64,000 nt of DNA, taken from an uncultured Candidatus Binatia bacterium. GTDB lineage: Bacteria; Desulfobacterota; Binatia; UBA9968; CAXXLF01. How positions within the stretch are numbered: the stretch's first letter is position 1; each line of letters opens with the position of its first letter. Position numbers and translations under genes: made by a program. Under the pieces are notes generated by a model. It was not told the DNA's origin, ran no database searches, and was given only the letters and a program-made list of their open reading frames with translations. Where the stretch lies: the NCBI GenBank assembly GCA_965218425.1, contig OZ244621.1, forward strand, positions 1,312,001 to 1,376,000. Direction: 5' to 3'. Shown here piece after piece: positions 11,051 to 20,120 of this stretch.

Positions 11051-12241
11051 TCAGGTAATGGAAATCATGCCATAAGAACGTTTAAATAGACGTTCCCCGC
11101 CATTCTCTGTCACTACAACATCGCCTCCCCACACGAATTGATTCTTCTCATCGGCACTCATAGCGTAGGGTTTCCACACAAAAGCGTTGCCCTTTTCAAT
11201 GCGCACGTCTCGTATGGACTCCCCCTTAGAGCGTGGAGAAATCAAAGGACCGTCATCGCCGTATCCCCGGCCGTGCATCAGTGTCAAGGTTTTCATGCCA
11301 CCCTTTTGGCCGAATCCATTGACAAAATCAATCAGTTCACCAAAGGAGGTCCCCGGCCTCATTATTTTCAGGCCGGCTTCAAACACTTCCCGCTGAAGCT
11401 CTATGACAGGCTTCCATGCATCCGGAATGGGACCCAACACAATCGGCTGGTCCTCCTGTGACACCTGCGCTCCCCAAACCGCACTCACCTCATTGGTCAA
11501 AAGGTCATTTTGCTGCAGCCGCTGGCCGATGGGTGGATTGGTCTGACGCGGGGGATCCGGTCCCCCGATGGGACCGATGTTCATGGCAAGCGGGTAGTAT
11601 TCGCTGCCAAGCTCCAACATACGTCCCATCACCCGCGCATAGAGGTCTGCCGCGTCGGTCCCGGGCCGGGCGGCTTGCGCCATCTCATGGATTCCCGCCT
11701 CGGCGATTTCCGCCGCGCGCCGCAGGTGCTCGATTTCCTCGTCGCTCTTGACGTAGCGGACAAAGCCCACGATGTCCGTGGCGTCCTCGAATTTTGCATT
11801 TGGCAGGCGTCTAACAACCTCGGCGAACGCCGTGTGATTCACCACTCCATCTATGGAACGGACATGGCTAACCCGTCCACCCCTTAAGCCCACGACACCG
11901 ATTCGGCCATGATTCATTCCCGATTCGAGCAACGCTTGAGCCATTGGGTCAGTCCATTCCCTGCTGGTCTGCCAGGGATCGGGAGCCCAGGTGTTGCTCG
12001 AGGACCGATCGGCTATGATAATCGGCGTCCTGCCATTCGTGGGAAGAACCATGGCCGAGCATCTGAGCTGCGTGAGGTAGCGGCCATCAATACCGTTACC
12101 TAAAGGTACGAACACGCAGTCCAAGCCAGCCTTCGCGGCGTTCTCACTTACTGCTTTCCAGCGCCGGTCTCGCTCGGCCAGGGAATACTCGGCCCAAATG
12201 GGAACATTGGCTCCCGCACTTGCTGGTGGTTTTGGCGGCAC
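11051..12241 (-). CDS. M24-family protein, non-canonical active site (GTG start at 12241 preferred; ORF track extends to 12271)
   Basis: ERDRRW, RYVKSDEEI, HGRGYGDDGP, FVWKP, GGDVVVTENG. Confidence 0.85.
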   Translation of the reverse strand: MPPKPPASAGANVPIWAEYSLAERDRRWKAVSENAAKAGLDCVFVPLGNGIDGRYLTQLRCSAMVLPTNGRTPIIIADRSSSNTWAPDPWQTSREWTDPMAQALLESGMNHGRIGVVGLRGGRVSHVRSIDGVVNHTAFAEVVRRLPNAKFEDATDIVGFVRYVKSDEEIEHLRRAAEIAEAGIHEMAQAARPGTDAADLYARVMGRMLELGSEYYPLAMNIGPIGGPDPPRQTNPPIGQRLQQNDLLTNEVSAVWGAQVSQEDQPIVLGPIPDAWKPVIELQREVFEAGLKIMRPGTSFGELIDFVNGFGQKGGMKTLTLMHGRGYGDDGPLISPRSKGESIRDVRIEKGNAFVWKPYAMSADEKNQFVWGGDVVVTENGGERLFKRSYGMISIT

Positions 12242-12286
12242 GTGAAATCCCCCTTGACGGTTTTTGACCAACTCGACGATACCTTT

Positions 12287-13534
12287 TTATTGAATGGACA
12301 CCATGCCATGGTTACGTTGGACCAACGGTTGGCCTCCGTTCTCGGTGACCACGACGCAACCACCCCAGCTGAACTGAAACTTCCGATCCGCGCTGGACGC
12401 TATGGGCTTCCAGACAAAAGTGTTTCCTCTCTCAAACACCACATCCCGGCTCCGCTCACCTCTATGCTGGGGCGTCAGAAGAGGACCGTCATCACCATAG
12501 CCCCGGCCATGCATGAGGATGAGGCTATTGAACCCACGCTTGGGACCGAGGCCATTAACGTAATCGATAAAATCACCAAAGGATCGGCCTGGCTTCATGC
12601 GCTCGAGGCCGCCCTCGTAGATTTCCCGGTGTAGCTCGATGACGGGCTTCCATTCTTCGGGGGTTGGTCCCAAATAGATAGGTTGAACCTCTTGGGCGAT
12701 GAGTCCTCCCCAAACGGCGTCAGTTTCATTGTTAATTCGATAACCCGGTTGCAGGCGGCGGCCAATGGGCGGATTCTCGAATCGGGGCAGCCGATCACCG
12801 GTCATGGCCCCGGTATAGAGTGCCATCGCATAGTACTCACTGCCCAGCTCCAACATCCGCTGCATGACACGAGCGTACAGAACGGTCTCCTCCACCCCGG
12901 GTTTTGCCACTTCCGCCATCTTCTCGATCCCGGCAGTTACAATGGCAGCGCCCCTGCGCAGACAAGCAATCTCTTCATCGCTCTTAACGTAGCGGGCGTA
13001 GCCCACCACGTCCGTGGCGTCTTCAAAGGTGGCGTTGGGAAGCCGCCGCAATACTTCGGCATAGGAACTATGGTTGATGACACCGGCAATGGCACGACCG
13101 TGGGTTACCTTCCCTAGCCGTAGCCCAGAAACGCCAACCCGCGCGCGCTCCATCCCAAGGTCAATCAACGCCTCAGCCATGGGCGCGCCCCATGAGCCAC
13201 GCAAACCACGGTTTGCAGCTCGCACTTCCGAGAACCGGGAGTTACGGCTGCCGCGATCATTAACCACAATGGGAGAGCGGCCATCAGTGGGCAGGACTAT
13301 GGCTGAGTTCTCCATCTGGGTGAGATAGCGACAATCCGAGCGGGTGCCGCGGGCTTGCTCGAGAGATAAGTGCAGGTTTCGCCCGTCTACGCAGAGGGGC
13401 ACGAAAATACAATCAAAGCCCGCCTTGGCGGCGTTGTCCCGTACGCGTTGCCAACGACGGTCACGCTCGGCGAGGAAATATCCCTTCCAAGTTGTTTCCG
13501 CGGGCGATTCCATCCTTACGGCTCCTTCTTGCAT
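12287..13534 (-). CDS. M24-family protein, tandem paralog of the adjacent gene
   Basis: Shares ERDRRW, RYVKSDEEI, MLELGSEYY, HGRGYGDDGP and FVWKP with 11051..12241. Confidence 0.85.
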   Translation of the reverse strand: MQEGAVRMESPAETTWKGYFLAERDRRWQRVRDNAAKAGFDCIFVPLCVDGRNLHLSLEQARGTRSDCRYLTQMENSAIVLPTDGRSPIVVNDRGSRNSRFSEVRAANRGLRGSWGAPMAEALIDLGMERARVGVSGLRLGKVTHGRAIAGVINHSSYAEVLRRLPNATFEDATDVVGYARYVKSDEEIACLRRGAAIVTAGIEKMAEVAKPGVEETVLYARVMQRMLELGSEYYAMALYTGAMTGDRLPRFENPPIGRRLQPGYRINNETDAVWGGLIAQEVQPIYLGPTPEEWKPVIELHREIYEGGLERMKPGRSFGDFIDYVNGLGPKRGFNSLILMHGRGYGDDGPLLTPQHRGERSRDVVFERGNTFVWKPIASSADRKFQFSWGGCVVVTENGGQPLVQRNHGMVSIQ

Positions 13535-13581
13535 GCCCTTTATCTTTTATAGCGACCGTTTAGGGCGGCCTGGAAATACTG

Positions 13582-14595
13582 TCAATGGGCAACCCGGATA
13601 CTCATGACTGGAGGTAGGTCCCCTAGAATCCGTCGAAAGGATTGACCGCCGTCGCCGCTCGTCCATATGGAACCGTCGGTCATGCCTACAAATAACGCAT
13701 CCGGGTCTTCTGGGTCGCCCACAACGGCACGGGGGGCCGCCTTGAAATGCCCGGGGAGGCCTCCCGACAGCCTTTCCCAGGAGGCCCCTTGATCCTCGCT
13801 TCGATAAAAGGCAGAATCCGCTCCTTGCGGTCGGCGCCACGATGGCGGCGGAACAGCCGCTGCGGCCGTGAAGATCACCCTAGGTCTGGCCGGATGCACC
13901 ACCAGTTGCGCCATGTAACGACGGTCGAGGCCATTGCACGACTCGACAAAGCGGTCACCGCCATCCGAACTACGATAGACCCCTGTGCCCGAGGTTGAGA
14001 CAATGATCGTCGGATCATCGGGCATGATGGTGACCGAGTGCGAATCAAATTCCGTTCCCTCTTTGATGTTTTGCCAGGTCTTACCGCCGTCCTTACTCCG
14101 TATAATCCAGCCTTCCTCAACAGCACCAAAGATCAGCATGGGGTCATTGTCAAACAGCGCAAGCCCTTTAACATGGCTAACATGGGGCGGGTTGGGAAAG
14201 GTCCACTCTTTGGTTTCGGGCAGGGTCCTGAGCTGCTCGCAGTCCATCCAGCTGTCGCCGCGATCGGTACTCTTGAATACAGAGGAAGGTCCGGTTCCCA
14301 CAAACAGATCACCGGTCCTTGGGTGTTGCACCAGGGACCAGGTTTCTTTGTAGAGGATTCCATCGTTGATCTCCCGCCAGTTCGTGCCTCCGTCTTCACT
14401 GCGAAGCATTCCTCTTTTGCTAGTGGCCGCATAAAGACACCGCGGATCCATACGGTCGATTACGATCGGGCACCGCAATGTCCCAGACCCCTTCAGACCC
14501 AACCGGCTGGCTTTGGTATCAGGACCTTTGGATCTCGCCTGAAATAGTCCGTCCGCCGTACCCACGTAGAGAATACGATCTGCTCCTGTAGCCAT
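13582..14595 (-). CDS. BNR/Asp-box repeat beta-propeller protein (YCF48/sialidase-like), no signal peptide
   Basis: Repeated S.DGG.(T/S)W boxes: SEDGGTNW, STDRGDSW, SKDGGKTW, SSDGGDRF, SEDQGASW, SGDGGQSF. Confidence 0.88.
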   Translation of the reverse strand: MATGADRILYVGTADGLFQARSKGPDTKASRLGLKGSGTLRCPIVIDRMDPRCLYAATSKRGMLRSEDGGTNWREINDGILYKETWSLVQHPRTGDLFVGTGPSSVFKSTDRGDSWMDCEQLRTLPETKEWTFPNPPHVSHVKGLALFDNDPMLIFGAVEEGWIIRSKDGGKTWQNIKEGTEFDSHSVTIMPDDPTIIVSTSGTGVYRSSDGGDRFVESCNGLDRRYMAQLVVHPARPRVIFTAAAAVPPPSWRRPQGADSAFYRSEDQGASWERLSGGLPGHFKAAPRAVVGDPEDPDALFVGMTDGSIWTSGDGGQSFRRILGDLPPVMSIRVAH

Positions 14596-14861
14596 GATTC
14601 CTCCTATTCTAACGAACCTCTTACACTAAATTAAACGGGACCTTGCACAGACTCAGTTACTGCTCAATATCACAGGTATTTGAGCTGTCAATAAGGAAGG
14701 AACAAACGTAGGATCAGGTAAGAAAATCAACCGCAGGGGCCAAGGGGCGCAGGGGGCCTGCACCCCAATGAGTATTGAGTAGGGAAGACTGAAAACCGGG
14801 AATCGAGGGTAGTAAATCTTTCAGGATTACAAATCCCCAATTTACGCTTCCGCTCCCTCCC

Positions 14862-16007
14862 TTATCCCCACACCTGACGCGCCGTCTCCACTACGACTTC
14901 CAGCTTTCTCTTCTGGTCATCCTCGGTAATAAGGTTACCCACCACATCGGAGGCAAACCCACACTGTGGACTTACGGCCAACTGGTCTAAAGGCACATAT
15001 CTGCTTGCCTCATGGATGCGACGAATGAGATCGTCGGGGGTCTCCATCTGGGGCACTTTGGTGCTCACCAGCCCCAACACGACAACTTTACCTTTCGGCA
15101 CAAACCTCAAAGGCTCAAAATTTCCAGCCCGCTCGGTGTCGTATTCCAACAGGAAACGATGGTAATTTAACTCGGTGAAGAGTCGCTCCGCAATGGCATC
15201 GTAGCTCCCTTCCCGATGCCACATACTCCGTTGGTTTCCCCTACAGAGGTGAATCCCAAAGGTCACCCCCTCAAAACCTTGAATAATCTCATTGTCAGCC
15301 CTAAGGGAGCGGTTAAAGTTCTCCACGGGATCTTCCCCCCTTTGGCGCATCTCCTGAAGAGAGGGTGGGTCCACGTAGGCGGTATAACCAGGGGCATCCA
15401 TTTGAACGTACCTACAACCAGCGTCCCTCAACCCGCCTACCATTTCCCGCTCGATTTTCACCACATGGGCCATGAAATCGTCCATAGTGGAGTAGATGGA
15501 AGTGGAGGCATTGAGATCAAAACGCTGGCTGATTCGGTCCGGCCCTATAAGCGTTACCTTGGCCGGTCTTTTTGCCACACGGCTGACGAAGAGATACTCT
15601 TGCAGGGGAGCGTTCCGCACAAGTCGTAAGGGCATTACGACAGGTCGACGTTGGGTCACTGCGGTTCCCTTGGCCTCACGGTTCGGAATTTCCCAGCGTT
15701 GAAGGGGACTGGAGCCCTCCACCCTTTTTTCATAGAATTTGACATCCACTCGAGCCGTGTCAAAGCCTGTCACAGAGATTCCAAAGCTGTCCTGGAAGTT
15801 AAGGCGACGGAACTCGCCATCGGTGATCACCTCCAGCCCTACACCCTCTTGAAGCCTCACAGCCTCTTGAATGGCCTTATCCTCAATTCGACCCAATTCA
15901 TCGGCGCCAATTTCCCCCAGATCGTAGCGACGACGAGCCTCCTTGAGATAAGCGGGACGGAGAAGACTCCCTACGATATCAGTCCTTTTTGTTGACACGT
16001 CACTCAC
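14862..16007 (-). CDS. Cobalamin-independent methionine synthase II family protein (single-barrel MetE-like)
   Basis: VGSLLRP, ITDGEFRR, Zn ligands HLCRGN, LEYD and SPQCGFAS. Confidence 0.92.
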   Translation of the reverse strand: MSDVSTKRTDIVGSLLRPAYLKEARRRYDLGEIGADELGRIEDKAIQEAVRLQEGVGLEVITDGEFRRLNFQDSFGISVTGFDTARVDVKFYEKRVEGSSPLQRWEIPNREAKGTAVTQRRPVVMPLRLVRNAPLQEYLFVSRVAKRPAKVTLIGPDRISQRFDLNASTSIYSTMDDFMAHVVKIEREMVGGLRDAGCRYVQMDAPGYTAYVDPPSLQEMRQRGEDPVENFNRSLRADNEIIQGFEGVTFGIHLCRGNQRSMWHREGSYDAIAERLFTELNYHRFLLEYDTERAGNFEPLRFVPKGKVVVLGLVSTKVPQMETPDDLIRRIHEASRYVPLDQLAVSPQCGFASDVVGNLITEDDQKRKLEVVVETARQVWG

Positions 16008-16149
16008 ATCGCCGTCTCATATCAATCAATTGAAGTTACACGCGGTCTTTACCTGACGAAGGTTTCCGCTTCGCAACAGCTGTGAGATTCAATCTTTTCC
16101 TTTACGGATACCCTCGAAGGAAGGGTTATGTCGGTAATGTCGATGGCCA

Positions 16150-17169
16150 CTACAAATTTACTTTTTCAGCGTAGAGGTTCTCGATAAAACCACTGGCTTT
16201 GAGCTCGTTTAAAAACCGCAGATCAAACAGTTTACCCGGTTTTAACTTCCTTGCTTTCCGGTCGATCACAGCGGCCGCATCGATGACCGCCTGTACGGAT
16301 TCCGGATGAGGGACAGGCCAGGGATCCAGTTGTGCCGCGAGGGACGCATACATGGTCTCCAGGGCAGCGGGATCGGCCACAGAAACATGTTCTCCCAAAA
16401 TCTTCATGCTTTCGCTCGGACGGGTCAAAAAATAGTGAATGGCGGTCAGGTACCCTTTCAGAAAGCGTCTGAAGGCCTCTTCATCTCTTTTGACGATGGA
16501 ACGGGTTGTCATCAAAAGGGACGAAACGATGGGGACCTCTTTCACATCAAGCACCTTGATGCCAAGCTTTTCCGCTTCGGATGCGACATTGGGGCTCAAG
16601 GGGGCGCCTTGGATGAGATTCTTCGAGAGGGCGGCTGCCCGGGCCGGAGAGTACCCTACAGTCACCATCTCCACCTCTTGTACCGGATCGATTCCAACAC
16701 GTCGCAGCACCACCCTGGCAATGAGATCCGATCTCCCCCCCAACCTTGACATACCGATCTTTTTGCCCTTGAGCTGTTTAATGGAATTAATTTCGGGCGA
16801 AACACCAAACCGGTAATTCGTTATGTATACATGGGCACCAAGGAAAACAATATCCTGTCCTCCGATGATAGGCTGCACGGCAAGGACGGGATTACCCGAA
16901 GCTAGAAAAAGATCAATGCCAAGCAACGCTTGAATCCCGCCAATGGACGGGTCCTGGATAAAGATCTCTTCTACTTCAATTTTATGCTGCTTAAATAGGT
17001 TGGCACCGTTACCTACCCAAGCGACCGCCGTCGCAGCACCCACGCCATCATAGGCCAGTCTTATCTTTTTCCGTTCGTCCTCACCAAAGGCTTGGGCAGT
17101 ACACAACAGCAATGCACACATGCTCGCGGCAAAAAGCCTGACACCTTCTTTGAGTAAGCGCATTGCCAA
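16150..17169 (-). CDS. ABC substrate-binding protein, NMT1/SsuA/TauA family
   Basis: Signal peptide, IKQLKGKKIG.SR.G, C-terminal FDLRFLNEL..SGFI..LY. Confidence 0.8.
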   Translation of the reverse strand: MAMRLLKEGVRLFAASMCALLLCTAQAFGEDERKKIRLAYDGVGAATAVAWVGNGANLFKQHKIEVEEIFIQDPSIGGIQALLGIDLFLASGNPVLAVQPIIGGQDIVFLGAHVYITNYRFGVSPEINSIKQLKGKKIGMSRLGGRSDLIARVVLRRVGIDPVQEVEMVTVGYSPARAAALSKNLIQGAPLSPNVASEAEKLGIKVLDVKEVPIVSSLLMTTRSIVKRDEEAFRRFLKGYLTAIHYFLTRPSESMKILGEHVSVADPAALETMYASLAAQLDPWPVPHPESVQAVIDAAAVIDRKARKLKPGKLFDLRFLNELKASGFIENLYAEKVNL

Positions 17170-17230
17170 AGATCCCCAACTCTCTTATATAGGAGACCAG
17201 CACCCCTTCCAACCCCCCCCAGGTTTCCAG

Positions 17231-18172
17231 TCACCTCCCCACAGCCCCAGCCTTCAATTCTTTTTTTACCAGAGCTGCGAGCATCTCCACGAAACTGGGG
17301 TGGTCGTTGACTACGGCGGCACGGTGGAGACGAAACCCAAACTCGTGTGCCAAACTTCGTGCCTCCACATCCAGGTCGTACAGTACCTCTACATGCTCAC
17401 AAACAAACCCGATGGGGACCACCACGATGTCTTTGCAACCTTTGCTGCCCAGACTCCGCAGCACATCACAGACGTCCGGTTCCAGCCAGGGCACACTGGG
17501 CGATCCGCTGCGGCTCTGATAGGCCACCAACCAATTAGTATGACCGATCCTTTCCGCCACGGCCCGGGATGCCGCGGTAAACTGGGACACATAGGGAGAA
17601 CCCTCTGCCATGGACTTTGGAATGCTGTGGGCGGTAAAGACAAGCGGAGTCTCATCCTGCTTGGCTAGTGAAACCTGGGACAGAGCATCGGCCGCTGTAG
17701 CCATTACTGCATCGATAAAAAGGGGATGATTGGCCCAACCTGAGGTGAGGGAGACTTCTGGTGCTCCTTTTCCTATCTTACCGCAGGCGTCGTCAACATC
17801 GTTCATGTAGCGGTCCCAGGATGCCTCGGTCTGAAATGCCGACAGGATGATTCCCAGCGCACGGCGCCTTTCTTTGTTTTTCATCTCGATCAACGTCTCA
17901 TGAAGGAAGGGATGCCAGTTGCGCATTCCAACATAAACAGGCAGGGGAATACCATGATCCTCTAGATGGCGGGACAGGGCATCAGCCTGACGAAACGTAA
18001 GTTCATTGAAGGGCGAGCAACCACCCACCAGCTCGTAATGGTGAGCAACCTCTTCGATACGGCGTGGCGGAATGTTCCGCCCTTTAGTAACGACTTGAAG
18101 AAAGGGCCGAATGTCTTCCGGCTTTTCGGGCCCTCCAAAGGCGATCAAAAGGATCGAGTCAATGGCACCCAT
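17231..18172 (-). CDS. hemH: Ferrochelatase
   Basis: FGGPE, HY..VGG.SP, GMRNWHP, FTAHSIP, YQSRSG...WLEP, PIGFVCEHVEVLYDLD. Confidence 0.95.
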   Translation of the reverse strand: MGAIDSILLIAFGGPEKPEDIRPFLQVVTKGRNIPPRRIEEVAHHYELVGGCSPFNELTFRQADALSRHLEDHGIPLPVYVGMRNWHPFLHETLIEMKNKERRRALGIILSAFQTEASWDRYMNDVDDACGKIGKGAPEVSLTSGWANHPLFIDAVMATAADALSQVSLAKQDETPLVFTAHSIPKSMAEGSPYVSQFTAASRAVAERIGHTNWLVAYQSRSGSPSVPWLEPDVCDVLRSLGSKGCKDIVVVPIGFVCEHVEVLYDLDVEARSLAHEFGFRLHRAAVVNDHPSFVEMLAALVKKELKAGAVGR

Positions 18173-18271
18173 AGACAGTCGGGATCATATACCCTTCCGT
18201 AATATATATGAACAGGCACACGTTCCCTTGCCAAGCGTACACGAGGAAAGTGATTAGGATAGTGAACTCAA

Positions 18272-18297
18272 TGAGGGGGGAAGTCATACCCCCCTCA
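18272..18297 (-). terminator. GC-rich hairpin downstream of 18346..18807, possible terminator
   Basis: Perfect 9-bp stem tgagggggg/cccccctca with 8-nt loop; weak U-tail. Confidence 0.5.
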
Positions 18298-18345
18298 GCT
18301 TAAGTTCAATTTAAAGGAAAGGAAAAAGAGAGCGCTCGAAAGCGG

Positions 18346-18807
18346 TTACTTCTTTTTCTTCTTTGACCTGACCTTCTTGAAGGTCAGCTTGGCGGTTGCG
18401 AGCTCGTTTCCGTTCTCGTCCACCGCAGTCAGGTCATGGGCACCGACGGTCAGAAGCTTCCTGCGGATTTCCCGGTTCAGTGTCCATACGCTGGCGAAAG
18501 CTCCATTCGCATTGGCAACGGGTCGAGGCTTTACGAGATAACTAATATCCGAAAGCACGCCACCCATCATGATCCGGAGACCGACCTCCTGATTGGGCTT
18601 GAAACCTGAACCAGAGATGAAGGCCTGGACCCTTCTCTTGTACTCAACTTTTGCCGGTAGGACCTTGACTTCGGGCCCCATCGCAATGGCCACCGAGTCC
18701 TGCGCGCCACTCAACCAGGCAACTGGAGCTGCGCTGCTCAGAACGGAAAGAAAGAAGGCCGCACCAAGGATTGCTGAAATCCTGGTTAGTCTTGCTTTAT
18801 TTTTCAT
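18346..18807 (-). CDS. Secreted or periplasmic hypothetical protein with Lys-rich tail
   Basis: GGAGG RBS before MKNK, signal peptide, beta-rich body (ISGSGFKPNQEV). Confidence 0.7.
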   Translation of the reverse strand: MKNKARLTRISAILGAAFFLSVLSSAAPVAWLSGAQDSVAIAMGPEVKVLPAKVEYKRRVQAFISGSGFKPNQEVGLRIMMGGVLSDISYLVKPRPVANANGAFASVWTLNREIRRKLLTVGAHDLTAVDENGNELATAKLTFKKVRSKKKKK

Positions 18808-18845
18808 TGACGTACCTCCCCAAAATTTTTTTTGAAGCGAAACGG

Positions 18846-18875
18846 AGTATAGTAACACAACGTATTCCTTGTCAA
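18846..18875 (-). promoter_or_regulatory. Sigma70-type promoter for 18346..18807
   Basis: TTGACA-N18-TATACT on the minus strand. Confidence 0.55.
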
Positions 18876-19044
18876 GGGGGGGCAGCTATACCCCCGTCTT
18901 TTTTATACTGGACTCATCCGGACCCCTAAACATATACCCGCGGGCCCTCCATCTGAGGTGTACTTGATTTCCTACCGCACATTAATATAGAGTGAAATTA
19001 TGATGGAAGTGTGGTTTTTTGAAGCGTTGAAAGGAGGAGCGGAG

Positions 19045-19227
19045 ATGGAGCTGCCGAAATGCCAGAAGTGTAATGACGGTTTGTTGATCCCCTTATCCGA
19101 CTATGGGCAGGAGGGAGCCTCCGTAATGTACAAGGCCTGGGCTTGCACCAACCCCGAATGTGGATTCTCTCTCAGAGTCGACAAAGGCGAGGTCACCTAC
19201 GGGAAGAAGATCGAGTACAAGCATTAA
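19045..19227 (+). CDS. Small zinc-ribbon-like protein (60 aa)
   Basis: AAGGAGG RBS; CQKC...CTNPEC four-Cys pattern. Confidence 0.75.
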   Translation: MELPKCQKCNDGLLIPLSDYGQEGASVMYKAWACTNPECGFSLRVDKGEVTYGKKIEYKH

Positions 19228-19395
19228 CGGGAGTCCCCCTCAAATACAAAGCACAGAAGCGGAGATGGTGAATGAAGCGTCTTCTTACCCCGTACTGATG
19301 CCCGGACCATTAACCCACGGTTAAATTCACCACCCCCGTATCAACTTTCCTGGACTCGTATCCACTTGGCATCCTCTCCTAGGTATTAACCTCCC

Positions 19396-20061
19396 GTGAA
19401 TGAACCGCTCGACCCTTCAAGCCAGACCATCACAGGACTCAATTGGGGCCGGGGTCTACTCTGGTACGTCACCCACCATTCCTCTTTAATATTTTCATAC
19501 GATCCAGCGACTGCCCGATCCAAGACAGAACTCGAAATACCCTACTACCCAGCGGTGGATGTCTGCCCTTCCAATGAGGGACTCTGGGTCATTGCAGGCG
19601 GGGGAAAACTCGGGCGACGGCTCATGCTTTGGTCGCTAGACGAAGGCACGGAGATAAGAGAATTTGACTGTCCAGACGGAGCAGCCTCGGGCATTGCCAT
19701 TGATGGACAACAGGTTTGGTTACCGCACCGTAATAATCGTAAGCTCTTCTGTTTGGATACCCGAGACGGAAAAACCCGATGGGTGATCAAAACCGATAAG
19801 GAAACCCATAGTCCAGCCTCATGTAATGGAGAGCTTTGGTTGATTGAATGTGACCCTGGTCCCCTGGGTCACTGGAGCCGTGCGGGACAGGCAAAGCGCT
19901 CGTTTATCCGTTACGACACCATAAGGGAAAGAGTAGCCGAATCCCTTCCGATTTCTTTTATTCCCAGCTGTATGGCCTTTGACGGGGAGCGGTTTTGGTT
20001 TTCAGAAACGGGCAAAAAAGGCTTCTCGTCAATCTTCCGAAAAGACCTCACCAAAACATGA
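19396..20061 (+). CDS. Small beta-propeller protein (glutaminyl cyclase/YncE-like repeats)
   Basis: Repeated G(L/I)A.DG..(L/V)W blades: GLNWGRGLLW, GIAIDGQQVW, MAFDGERFW. Confidence 0.6.
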   Translation: MNEPLDPSSQTITGLNWGRGLLWYVTHHSSLIFSYDPATARSKTELEIPYYPAVDVCPSNEGLWVIAGGGKLGRRLMLWSLDEGTEIREFDCPDGAASGIAIDGQQVWLPHRNNRKLFCLDTRDGKTRWVIKTDKETHSPASCNGELWLIECDPGPLGHWSRAGQAKRSFIRYDTIRERVAESLPISFIPSCMAFDGERFWFSETGKKGFSSIFRKDLTKT

Positions 20062-20120
20062 ATGAGTCAAACCACCCTGTCGAAAACACCTTACCGATAT
20101 GCGACTGAAAGCAGACCTCG

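Noticed and set aside
16030..16110. Possible glycine/SAM riboswitch upstream of the MetE-like gene (minus strand aaaccttcgtcaggtaaagaccgcg)
   Set aside because: Only the 3' part resembles a glycine aptamer; the GGAGA/CCGAAG core and SAM-I motifs are not evident.
19265..19324. Short ORF MVNEASSYPVLMPGPLTHG as a detached N-terminus of the 19396 propeller gene
   Set aside because: Out of frame, and the downstream ORF already has its own first-blade motif; resemblance could be chance.
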